This document shows positions 36,410 to 44,977 of a stretch of 52,542 bases of DNA, piece by piece. Position numbers and translations under genes: made by a program. Source of the DNA: Bacillota bacterium (GTDB taxonomy: Bacteria > Bacillota > Clostridia > Christensenellales > UMGS416); the NCBI GenBank assembly GCA_023409755.1, contig JAEYRA010000155.1:1-52542 (forward strand), read 5' to 3'. Each line of letters opens with the position of its first letter. Position 1 is the stretch's first letter. A model generated the notes under the pieces. That model ran no database searches and was not told where the DNA came from. It saw only the letters and a program-made list of their open reading frames with translations.

Positions 36410-37303
36410 ATGATCAATCGAACCGCATCCTACAAGGTGTTCAACACCGTTGGCTATATCATCATCATTCTGCTGACCGTCTTCTGCCTGCTGCCATTCC
36501 TGCTGGTCATCTCCGGGTCGCTGAGTGACAACGACACGGTGCTGCGTGAGGGGTACTCCCTCATCCCGCAGAAATTCTCCACTGAGGCATACCAGGCCAT
36601 CTTTACCTACCCGAAGAACGTGCTGCAGGCCTATGGTGTATCCATCACCGTGACGGTGTCAGGTACACTACTGGGCGCCCTGCTCATCGCCATGGCCGGA
36701 TATGTGCTGCAGCGGCGCGACCTGAGGAGCCGCAACACCTTCTCGTTCCTCATCTACTTCACCTCGATCTTCCAGGGCGGGCTCATCCCCTGGTACATCC
36801 TCGTCACGACGTACCTGAAGCTCAGTGACTCGCTGTGGGCGCTCATCCTGCCGGCGCTGATGAACCCATTCCTCATCATGCTCATGCGCAACTACATGAA
36901 GCAGTCGGTGCCCTATGAGCTCATCGAGGCGGCCAAAATCGACGGCGCTGGCGACTTCCGCATCTTCTACACCGTCATGGTGCCCCTGTCCGGCCCGGGC
37001 ATCGCCACGGTGGCGCTGTTCCTGGGGCTGGCATACTGGAACGACTGGTATCTCTCCATGCTCTACATCAGCACCCCCAGCAAATACTCGCTCCAGTTCT
37101 ACCTCTACAGCATGCTCAACAGCGCCAAGGCCCTGCAAGACCTCGCTCTCTCCGGCACAGGGCTCTCAGCCACGGTGAAGGTGCCGGGCGAGACGACCAA
37201 GCTCGCCATGGCCATGGTGGCCACAGGCCCCATCATCTTCCTCTATCCGTTCATCCAGCGCTACTTCGTCAAGGGTCTGACGATCGGCGCAGTCAAGGGT
37301 TAA
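36410..37303 (+). CDS. Sugar ABC transporter permease (LplC-like)
   Basis: EAA loop EAAKIDGAGDFRIFYTVMVP. RBS GGAGGAG. Confidence 0.9.
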   Translation: MINRTASYKVFNTVGYIIIILLTVFCLLPFLLVISGSLSDNDTVLREGYSLIPQKFSTEAYQAIFTYPKNVLQAYGVSITVTVSGTLLGALLIAMAGYVLQRRDLRSRNTFSFLIYFTSIFQGGLIPWYILVTTYLKLSDSLWALILPALMNPFLIMLMRNYMKQSVPYELIEAAKIDGAGDFRIFYTVMVPLSGPGIATVALFLGLAYWNDWYLSMLYISTPSKYSLQFYLYSMLNSAKALQDLALSGTGLSATVKVPGETTKLAMAMVATGPIIFLYPFIQRYFVKGLTIGAVKG

Positions 37304-37351
37304 GTCGACAGCCGCATGTGCGGTTGAATAGAACAAGGAGGGTTTGTAACC

Positions 37352-38986
37352 ATGGCACTTCTAAACCGGAAAACACTCATGGCAGTGCTGGCTGTGGTGA
37401 TGGCCATCTCGATGGCCGCCTGCAGCGCCGGCACTCCGGCCGCTACCACAGCCGCCGCCACATCGGCCGCCGCCACCGAGGCTGCCACCAGCGCCGCGGA
37501 AACCGCTGCCGAGTCGGCCACCCCCGCCGCGGGCACCGTCGACACCTCCGAGAAGGTCGAAGTTGTCATGTGGCTGCCGGGCGACGCCCCCAAGGGGTTG
37601 GACGCCATGAGCGCCAAGCTCAACGAGATGCTTCTCACCGATCTCAACTGCACCGTGAAGTTCAACTTCACCACCTGGACCGACATCGGCACGAAGTACA
37701 GCATGCTGCTGACCTCCGGCCAACCCATTGACCTCATCCATACGGCCAACTGGCTGCAGGATCGTGTCTACGCCCGCAAAGGCGCCTTCAAACCCCTCAA
37801 CGACCTGCTGGACACCGTCGTTCCCGACCTGAAGGCCTATGTGGGTGACGACATCCTGAAGGACGGCCAGGAAGACGGCGTACAGTACACCATCCCCTGC
37901 AAGTGGAAGGAGTACATCGACAACGGCGTCCTCTACCGTGAGGATCTGCGTGTCAAGTACAACCTGCCCAAGCCTGACTCGCTGGCGAACCTGGAAGCTT
38001 ACATGGCTGGCATCAAGGCCAACGAGCCCCAGATGAAGGTCACCGTCGAAGGCGGCGTCTCCAACGAGTCCTACTCGGGCTTCAGCGGCTCCGAAGTGAT
38101 GCTTCTGGACTACCCCTACATCAGCAAGCCCGACAACGGCCTGGTCATCGGCCTCACCTCCAAGACCGCTTCCTACCTGGACATCACCGAATACTATGGC
38201 AGCGACGCCCACAAGGCCGAGTTGGAACTGATGACCAAGTGGGCCAAAGCCGGCTATTGGAGCCGCAACGCCCTGTCCCAGAAGATTGACGACCGCATCG
38301 CGGCCTTTGAAGCCGGGGACTGCGCGGTGGTGCTGAGCGGTGCCAATGCGATGAAGTGGAACGGCGTGCAGACCCGCTGCGCCACCTCCAACCCCGATTG
38401 GCAGATCGGCTTCATCCCCTACGGCGTGCCCCAGGGCTATGCCCGCCCGGTGCAGCCCACCCAGAACGGCATGGCCGTGCCGCTCTCCAGCCAGAATACC
38501 GAGCGCGCTCTGCTCATGTATGAGAAGTTCAACCTGGACGAAGCCTACAACCACCTGACCCACTACGGCATCGAGGGCACCAACTACACCATCGACGCAG
38601 AGCATCACTATGTGATGGTTGGCACCAGCGACACCAACGACTACCCGCGTGAAGCTCTGAACTGCTGGAGCTGGCGCAACCCGGATCTCATCCTTTACCC
38701 GAAGGAGTATGACAACGTCAAGGCGCTCTTCGCCGAGCAGGACAAGCTGACCCAGCTGCAGTCCACCGCCTTCACCGAGGACCGTGAGCCCGTCGCCAAC
38801 GAACGCGCCGCCCTGACCCAGGTCATCAACCAGTACCTGGCACCGATCTCCGCGGGCCTGAGCAAAGACGTAGCGGGTGACTACGCCAACTTCCTGGAGA
38901 AGGCCAAGGCCGCTGGTCTCCAGAAAATTCAGGACGAGTACAAGAAGCAGTGGCTGGCGTACTGCAACGCCAATGGTCTGAAGTAA
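37352..38986 (+). CDS. Large extracellular solute-binding lipoprotein (family 1 SBP)
   Basis: Lipobox SMAACSAG followed by an Ala/Thr-rich linker. RBS AAGGAGGG. Confidence 0.9.
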   Translation: MALLNRKTLMAVLAVVMAISMAACSAGTPAATTAAATSAAATEAATSAAETAAESATPAAGTVDTSEKVEVVMWLPGDAPKGLDAMSAKLNEMLLTDLNCTVKFNFTTWTDIGTKYSMLLTSGQPIDLIHTANWLQDRVYARKGAFKPLNDLLDTVVPDLKAYVGDDILKDGQEDGVQYTIPCKWKEYIDNGVLYREDLRVKYNLPKPDSLANLEAYMAGIKANEPQMKVTVEGGVSNESYSGFSGSEVMLLDYPYISKPDNGLVIGLTSKTASYLDITEYYGSDAHKAELELMTKWAKAGYWSRNALSQKIDDRIAAFEAGDCAVVLSGANAMKWNGVQTRCATSNPDWQIGFIPYGVPQGYARPVQPTQNGMAVPLSSQNTERALLMYEKFNLDEAYNHLTHYGIEGTNYTIDAEHHYVMVGTSDTNDYPREALNCWSWRNPDLILYPKEYDNVKALFAEQDKLTQLQSTAFTEDREPVANERAALTQVINQYLAPISAGLSKDVAGDYANFLEKAKAAGLQKIQDEYKKQWLAYCNANGLK

Positions 38987-39010
38987 ACCAAACATCCAAC
39001 GCATACCCAA

Positions 39011-39035
39011 AGGACCCGGCCATTGGCTGGGTCCT
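39011..39035 (+). terminator. Hairpin after the SBP gene (weak terminator, no U-tract)
   Basis: AGGACCCGGCC-ATT-GGCTGGGTCCT is an 11-bp stem including one G-U pair. It is followed by CTGAGTATC, so read-through is plausible. Confidence 0.4.
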
Positions 39036-39089
39036 CTGAGTATCTACAAGCCCCTAGAACGGGCAAAGGCAGATGACCCTCCCGCCGAT

Positions 39090-39711
39090 TCATTCAGCAG
39101 AGGGAAAGTCAGGCTCAGAGCGAGCAGAAGTGAAAATCCCGCCCGAAGGCGGCGCACGTATCCCTAGAAACCCCGCATGAGAGCTGCAATCGTGATCGGT
39201 CCATTGCAATACTTCGTATTGCTCGCGTTGCTCTCAACGATTCTGAAGAATCGTCTGCCGCAACGTCAGACGCCCCCGGAAGGGCGTCCAACCCAAGCGC
39301 CGTGAGTACGACGCTATGCGTCGCACTAGCCGCACGAGGCGGCGTAAGGCGCGCCGGGCGGGACTGAGAGTCGGCCACATGTGCGGCGAATCAGACACGC
39401 ATGAATGCGTGCAAACCGTCACGCCGTGGCTGGTCGCAGCCTTCGGCTGCTGCTCGCCCAAGCATCCCGGAAGGCATTGCACCGCAATGCCTTAGCGCTC
39501 GGATGGCGCGTAAGGCGTGAACGGCGATCTAGCCATATAGAGTGCAAGCTGTCCGAATCGCAGCTGTTGCCACAGCGGCCAGGCCGCAGGGCCGAGCAGT
39601 GCCGGAACGGCACGACCAGGCGTGCGTAGCACGCGACCAGCCAGCCGCGAAAGGCTGTCGACTTTGTCGACAGCCTCAGGAACCCGGCCCCAGGCCGGGT
39701 TCCTTCCTTTT
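39090..39711 (+). ncRNA. Candidate large structured non-coding RNA (unclassified)
   Basis: At least 15 consecutive stem-loops, two long-range perfect complementarities (11 bp and 8 bp), repeated loop motifs, and a terminal 11-bp GC stem plus U-tract on the + strand. There is no credible ORF. Details are in the findings. The 5' boundary is approximate. Confidence 0.5.
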
Positions 39712-39782
39712 GCCCGGTGAGGCTTGCATACGGCGGCGGGCAGCACTCCCTTGCCCCGCATCACGCATATGCCACAGCACCC

Positions 39783-39815
39783 TAGCAATAAGCCCCGCAG
39801 GAAACCCGGCGGGGC
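39783..39815 (-). terminator. Intrinsic terminator of the GH2 gene
   Basis: Minus RNA is GCCCCGC-CGGGUUUCCU-GCGGGGC followed by UUAUUGCU. Confidence 0.6.
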
Positions 39816-39861
39816 TTGTTGCTGTAACAGGGGCGGAGAAATTTCCCCTGCGTGTGGATCG

Positions 39862-41586
39862 TTACCGCTCGATGGCGGCCTTGCGGGTATTGATGCGCCG
39901 GATGAGCTCTGGGTCGAACTTCGGCTTGCGGTCATAGGTGTGCAGGCCGTTGACCTCCTGCTCAATGTCAGTGAGCTGGGTATAGCAGAAAGCGCAGATG
40001 CGCGGGTTCTCCAGCAGGGCCATTGTCAGGCCTTCGTAGCGCGCCAGGAACTCGGCTTCCGAGGTGGGGTTGGTGCCGTAGCCCCAGGCTTTGCTGTTGG
40101 TCTGGCCCGGGTTCCACCAGATGCCGCCGTACTCGCTCACAAAATAGGGCTGACCCTCATACCGGTCGCGGCCGGGGTGGTTGACATACGCCTCGCCGCC
40201 AGCGGCCAACGGCGCATACCGCGCGCGGAACGTCTCGGGGTTCTGGTCGTAGTCATGCACGTCGAAAATGTCAGTGATGACGTGGACATAGCCGCTGGTG
40301 TCGATGACCGGCCGGGTGTGGTCAATCTGCTTAGTGACACGGTAGACCGTCTCCAACACGCGGTCGTCCTGGGCCAGGTAGGTCTCGTTGAAGGGACACC
40401 ACCCCACGATAGCCGGGTGGTTGTAATCACGCTCCACCGTCTCCAGCCATTCGGGCAGGAAATTCTCCAACCCAGCGGGGCCGTCGATGTTGAGACCCCA
40501 GTTGGCATGCTCGCCCCACACGAGGTAACCAAGCTTGTCCGCCCAGTAGAGGAATCGCGGTTCAAACATCTTCTGGTGCAGGCGCGCGCCGTTAAAACCC
40601 ATGGCCATCGACAGCTCGATGTCGCGCTTCAAGTCGGCGTCGGTTGGCGCGGTGTAGATGCCCTCGGGGTAGAAGCCCTGATCCAGTATGAGACGCTGGA
40701 ACACCGGCTTGCCGTTGAGGAGCATGGCACGGCCGTCCCAGGAAAGGCTGCGCATACCGAAGTAAGTCTGCACCTGATCCTCACCATCGGGGGCCGACAG
40801 CGTCAGTGCCAGGTCGTAGAGCTTGGGCGAGCCGGGTTCCCACCGGTGAACCTCATTGAGGCAGAGGGTCACGCTGGCCTCCCGTCCATTCACACAGGCG
40901 CGACGCTCCCCCATGGGTCTGCCGTCCAGGCTGGCGATGGCCAATAGCTTGCCGTGAATATGCCCCGACAGGGCCACATCCACCTGCAGTTTGCCGTTGG
41001 CCTCATCGGGGGTCAACCGCAGGGAGCGGATATAGGTCTGCGGCACAGCTTCCAGCCACACGGTCTGCCAGATGCCGGTGGTGCGGGTGTAGTCACAACC
41101 GTGGGATTCGTACTCACCGCTCTGCTTGCCACGCGGCTGCTTGCCTGAGCGGTTGTCATCCTCCGCACAGACGGTCACAACATTCTCCCCCGCTTGCAGG
41201 GCAGCGGTAATGTCAAACTGGAACGAAGAATAGCCGCCCCGGTGGGTACCGACCGACTGACCGTTGATCCACACCTCGGCCCGGTAATCCACCGCACCGA
41301 AATGCAGCAGCACCCGGCTGCCCTGCCAATCCTCCGGCAGGGTGAAGGTGCGCCGGTACCAGACCGCCGCCATGAAATCGGTGTAGCCAATGCCAGAAAG
41401 ACGGCTTTCCGGGCAGAAGGGGACGGTGATCGTCTCAGGCAGGGCGTCGGCCGTGTGAAGGCCCCGCGCGCGCCCGCTGACGCCGAAATCAAAGGCAAAC
41501 TGCCAGGAACCATTCAGATTCATCCAGTTCTCCCGCACCAGTTGGGGCCGGGGATACTCCGGCCGGGGGATTGCTTGGCAAGACAT
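39862..41586 (-). CDS. Glycoside hydrolase family 2 (beta-galactosidase/beta-glucuronidase-like)
   Basis: N-terminal sugar-binding region (YPRPQLVRENWMNLNGSWQF), acid/base NHPAIVGWCPFNE and nucleophile YFVSEYGG. RBS AAGGAGG. No signal peptide. Confidence 0.9.
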   Translation of the reverse strand: MSCQAIPRPEYPRPQLVRENWMNLNGSWQFAFDFGVSGRARGLHTADALPETITVPFCPESRLSGIGYTDFMAAVWYRRTFTLPEDWQGSRVLLHFGAVDYRAEVWINGQSVGTHRGGYSSFQFDITAALQAGENVVTVCAEDDNRSGKQPRGKQSGEYESHGCDYTRTTGIWQTVWLEAVPQTYIRSLRLTPDEANGKLQVDVALSGHIHGKLLAIASLDGRPMGERRACVNGREASVTLCLNEVHRWEPGSPKLYDLALTLSAPDGEDQVQTYFGMRSLSWDGRAMLLNGKPVFQRLILDQGFYPEGIYTAPTDADLKRDIELSMAMGFNGARLHQKMFEPRFLYWADKLGYLVWGEHANWGLNIDGPAGLENFLPEWLETVERDYNHPAIVGWCPFNETYLAQDDRVLETVYRVTKQIDHTRPVIDTSGYVHVITDIFDVHDYDQNPETFRARYAPLAAGGEAYVNHPGRDRYEGQPYFVSEYGGIWWNPGQTNSKAWGYGTNPTSEAEFLARYEGLTMALLENPRICAFCYTQLTDIEQEVNGLHTYDRKPKFDPELIRRINTRKAAIER

Positions 41587-41681
41587 GTAGATCCTCCTTT
41601 ATGACGTGATACTTGTATTATAACGCCACCATACGCTATGATGTAGTGGTATGAATCAGTAAACACATGAGGATTTCACGC

Positions 41682-42509
41682 ATGAGAGAAGACATCATCA
41701 GCTTTGTGCGAGACGGACGGGACTACGGACCACTCTGGATTGAGATGGTCGGGGTTTCCTACTGCGACGGCAACTATCGCATTGAGCGAACCGACTCTGA
41801 CATCATGGTGATCGAGTACATCCTGCAGGGCCGGGGCACCGTCCATGTGGACGGCCATCGTTTCTACCCGCAGGCTGGCGATGTCTACCTGCTTCACCGC
41901 GGCAGCGACCACTGGTACACCTCCGACGCGCAGGACCCCTGGGTTAAAGTGTGGTGTAACTTGAATGGCCCCTTGGTCGATGCCCTGATCGCCTACTATG
42001 GTCTCTCCAACGTGTACCATGTGCCAGGCTTCGGCAATGGCGACTGCCTGAAGCGCCTGGTGGAGGCCGCCCGCCGCAACCAGACCGACCGTTCGGCGCT
42101 GCTGGCGGAGGCTGCCCTGCTTCTCCACGAGCTTATCATCGAGCTGTCGGCCTTCCTGCACCGCAGTGTGCGGCCTGAGCAGGACGAAGCCGAGTGTCTG
42201 CGCACATTCCTGGATGGTAAGCTCTATGAAAAGCTGACGATGGAGGACATCAGCCGGCAGATCTACCGCTCCCCCTCCCAGGCCACGCGCATCTTCCGCA
42301 AAGCCTTCGGCATCACGCCCTACCATTACCTGCTGGAACGGCGGCTGGAGACAGCAAAACTCCTGCTCATCAACTCCAGCCTGCCCATCCGCACCATCGC
42401 CTCGCAGCTCTGCTTTGCCGATGAGCATTACTTCTCGAACCGATTCAAGGCAAGTGTCGGGCAGTCCCCCCGACAGTACCGCAACCGAGGAACGCAGAGC
42501 GGCGGCTAA
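41682..42509 (+). CDS. AraC family transcriptional regulator (cupin plus HTH)
   Basis: C-terminal HTH CFADEHYFSNRFKASVGQSPRQYR. ATG 41682 lies 9 nt after GAGGA; ATG 41667 is the in-frame alternative. Confidence 0.85.
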   Translation: MREDIISFVRDGRDYGPLWIEMVGVSYCDGNYRIERTDSDIMVIEYILQGRGTVHVDGHRFYPQAGDVYLLHRGSDHWYTSDAQDPWVKVWCNLNGPLVDALIAYYGLSNVYHVPGFGNGDCLKRLVEAARRNQTDRSALLAEAALLLHELIIELSAFLHRSVRPEQDEAECLRTFLDGKLYEKLTMEDISRQIYRSPSQATRIFRKAFGITPYHYLLERRLETAKLLLINSSLPIRTIASQLCFADEHYFSNRFKASVGQSPRQYRNRGTQSGG

Positions 42510-42613
42510 CACCGCCTTACAGCAGGGATGCCGGCACTGCAGCTTTCTCCGTCTGGCCTTGGGAAATCTGCCAAGCCAATAAGACACCGGCAGCACCAAC
42601 AGCTGGTAGACAC

Positions 42614-42646
42614 CAGGTGGGGCCTGCATACCGCCGGCCCCACCTG
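42614..42646. terminator. Bidirectional hairpin between convergent genes
   Basis: CAGGTGGGGCC-(11 nt)-GGCCCCACCTG, an 11-bp stem between the AraC stop and the P-II stop. Confidence 0.5.
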
Positions 42647-42710
42647 TTCACTGATTGAAGTTACGTTGTACAGACGTTGAAGCGAAGGCTCCGCGCGTAC
42701 AGCAGCCCTC

Positions 42711-43016
42711 TTACCCCACGACCCTTTCCACAGGCATCATAAAGCAAATGCCGTTGGTGGGAGTGTTAGGCCCCGCTTTTTCCTTGATCACCGCTATGAT
42801 CCTATCGGCTACGTCTGCGGGGGCAAGGCTCACGATGACTTCCTTCTCGGTATCCACCGTAATCCCCATGATGGACTTATGAATCGTACCCATACCGCGG
42901 GCGTTGATGATGGTCGCCCCCGTAGCCCCTGCCGCACGGGCGATCTCCACAGCCTCATCGGCAAAACCCGCGTTGACAATGATGAACAACGCTTTCATGT
43001 TGCTAGCGATTTCCAT
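42711..43016 (-). CDS. P-II (GlnB-like) family signal-transduction protein
   Basis: KALFIIVNAGFADEAVEIARAAGATGATIINARGMG ... is a ferredoxin-like P-II pattern. ATG 43016 follows GAGGGA. Confidence 0.8.
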   Translation of the reverse strand: MEIASNMKALFIIVNAGFADEAVEIARAAGATGATIINARGMGTIHKSIMGITVDTEKEVIVSLAPADVADRIIAVIKEKAGPNTPTNGICFMMPVERVVG

Positions 43017-43026
43017 TGTTGTCCCT

Positions 43027-43344
43027 CTATTTGGCCAATATTTTATCCACCCGCACGGTGAACGCCCTTCCAGTACCGGGCTTGCCAAAGTTGTACTTCT
43101 CTACCAGTGTATTGAGCATGGTGTCCGCTTTGTCACGAGCCAGCAGGCAAACAAGCATGACTTTGTTCTCTTCCGGTACCAATCCAAGCGCGTCTCGAAA
43201 ATATCCTGACCTGCAACCGTCTCTGCAATAGACTGCATTGATCAAGCAACCGCCCATCTGCGTGAGTGTATCGATGAATACATCTTTATGCTTCTTGGGG
43301 GTGATCAGGACCAGAAAGACAGCGCCGCAATGGGCATTATTCAT
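43027..43344 (-). CDS. Divergent P-II-like protein
   Basis: 105 aa with the same beta-alpha-beta layout (VFLVLITPKKHKDVFIDTLTQMGG ...). ATGAATAA overlap with the DUF1538 stop. Confidence 0.7.
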   Translation of the reverse strand: MNNAHCGAVFLVLITPKKHKDVFIDTLTQMGGCLINAVYCRDGCRSGYFRDALGLVPEENKVMLVCLLARDKADTMLNTLVEKYNFGKPGTGRAFTVRVDKILAK

Positions 43345-44977
43345 GTTGTATATCTGTTTCCTCCATCAAACGTCCAGAGACAACAGCGTCTAAAAACGGA
43401 TTATCCACCGCTTCTGGTTCCTCCTCATATATGGTAAGTGCCGTTAGTTCATCAAGCGCATCCAACTCCATCGCTTTTGCCTTGGCGGTGAGGGTTTTCA
43501 ATCGCATGTCGTATATAATACCTAAACCCTGCACAGCTATCAAGGGGGTAACAGAAATAAATGCAATGATCCCAAAACCATTTGTTAAAACTGACTGAGC
43601 CTGAGACCCAGCTGAGGCAGCTACCGCCTGTGCCGTGCCAAGGGTAAGAGGCGTCAGGAACGCTGAGGTCAGTGCCCCGCCAGTGACACCGCCCGAATCG
43701 AACGCCAGACCCACGAACAGCTTGGAGGTAAACTTCATCATGATCAGCGCCACCGCGTAAAGCGGCACCAGAAACCAGAGGATGTTGATCTGCGTCAGGA
43801 TCTTCACCATGAAGATGAGCGCGGCAAAGCCAATGCCAATGGCCAGCGTCAGTCTGATGGTCAGTTTCTTGATGTGACCGTTCGTAATTTTCTCCAACTG
43901 CTCACCCAACACGGTTACCGCAGGCTCGGAAAGGGTGATGGCTGCGCCTAGAACAAACCCGACCAGAAGCAGCATCCACTTGAACCAACCGGGCCGACTG
44001 GCATCCAGGAAAACCTCGCCAATGTACTTGCCGGCAAACGCAAAGCCATAATCGATGCTTGACAGGAAGATGAGTAGCCCTACGAAGACGGCGGCTGCGC
44101 CAAGCAAGATCTCGATGAACTCCTTTTTGGAGAGTTTGATGAGCCAGAACTGAAAGGGCAGGAATACCACCAACACGGGGATAAGCGCAAGGGCAACACT
44201 GGCCATATTGGATACGACAACGGCCCCCAGGCTATCGACCGCTCCGGGGTTATACAGGCTGGCGAGCGGAAGCGTGCCGCCCGACACTGCCTTCAACACG
44301 ATGCCGTAGAGAAACAACGCCAGAATCGGCCCCACGGAGGCCAGGCCGATGATGCCAAAGGTGTCTTCACTGGTCTTAGTTTTTGACATAGTGCCAGAGA
44401 TGCCCAGGCCGAGCGCCAGAATAAAGGGCACCGAAACGTCACCAGTCGTCGCACCGCTGCCATCAAAGGAGAGCGCAACAAACTGCTCGGGGACGAAGAT
44501 AATCATGAGGAAAATCAGGCCGTAAAGGATGGCAAAAACGAGCTTGAGGTTCAGGTTCTTCATAATCCGGTACAACGAGAACGCGACGAAAACGCCGATG
44601 CCCAAACTCAACACCCAGATAAACAGAGTTTCGTTTACGTTGTTCATGATCATGTGGGTCTGCTTGGCCAGAACCGTCAACGCGGGTTCGGCAACCGTCA
44701 CCAACAGACCAAACAGGAAACCAACAAAAATGATCACTGCGGCTTTTTTCAGCTTAATGAGAGAACTGCCCACCAATTTACCGATCGGCAGAATGCTGAT
44801 GTCCAAACCATCCAAAAACACGGCTTGGCCCAACACGACGCCAGCATAACCAATAATTAATCTAACATAATCAAAAAGGTTTTCCATGGGGGCCACAAAA
44901 CCGCATACCACAATGATCACAACGGCAAGCGGCAGTGAGGACAAAAAGACATCTTTTATCGTGCTAAATAACTTCAT
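43337..44977 (-). CDS. DUF1538-type polytopic membrane protein (internally duplicated)
   Basis: About 12 or more TM helices. The repeated motifs FDGSGATTGDVSVPFILALGLG and FDSGGVTGGALTSAFLTPLTLG match my recollection of DUF1538. ATG 44977 has no own RBS; it overlaps the stop of a small upstream ORF. Confidence 0.8.
   Translation of the reverse strand: MKLFSTIKDVFLSSLPLAVVIIVVCGFVAPMENLFDYVRLIIGYAGVVLGQAVFLDGLDISILPIGKLVGSSLIKLKKAAVIIFVGFLFGLLVTVAEPALTVLAKQTHMIMNNVNETLFIWVLSLGIGVFVAFSLYRIMKNLNLKLVFAILYGLIFLMIIFVPEQFVALSFDGSGATTGDVSVPFILALGLGISGTMSKTKTSEDTFGIIGLASVGPILALFLYGIVLKAVSGGTLPLASLYNPGAVDSLGAVVVSNMASVALALIPVLVVFLPFQFWLIKLSKKEFIEILLGAAAVFVGLLIFLSSIDYGFAFAGKYIGEVFLDASRPGWFKWMLLLVGFVLGAAITLSEPAVTVLGEQLEKITNGHIKKLTIRLTLAIGIGFAALIFMVKILTQINILWFLVPLYAVALIMMKFTSKLFVGLAFDSGGVTGGALTSAFLTPLTLGTAQAVAASAGSQAQSVLTNGFGIIAFISVTPLIAVQGLGIIYDMRLKTLTAKAKAMELDALDELTALTIYEEEPEAVDNPFLDAVVSGRLMEETDIQHE

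Noticed and set aside
37361-39010. 549-aa minus-strand ORF. The same pattern applies to 3073-4434(+), 10673-11764(+), 20538-21995(-), 22986-24077(+), 25794-26837(-), 26950-28095(-), 29014-30234(+), 34260-35387(-), 39724-40947(+), 41676-42629(-), 46115-47485(+) and 49253-50167(+)
   Set aside because: Each is the mirror frame of a gene with strong motifs on the other strand. All lack an RBS and have Gly/Arg/His/Val/Asp-rich compositions characteristic of antisense frames in GC-rich coding DNA.
39098-39180. GAGGGAAAGUCAGGCUC and AGAAACCCC, which resemble the RNase P RNA P4 5' strand (GAGGAAAGUCCGGGCUC) and the GGUAAACCCC element
   Set aside because: I could not find the matching P4 3' strand (ACAGAA...), the conserved GGGUGAAAGGGUG-type modules, or a collinear arrangement. 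The segment is ~200 nt longer than rnpB and ends in a Rho-independent terminator. This should still be tested with the RNase P covariance models.
39115-39965. Six overlapping 64-157-aa ORFs on both strands inside the 38987-39861 gap
   Set aside because: None has an RBS. The sequences are Arg/Ala/Pro/Ser-rich, and the ORFs overlap one another in several frames. The region is better explained as structured RNA.
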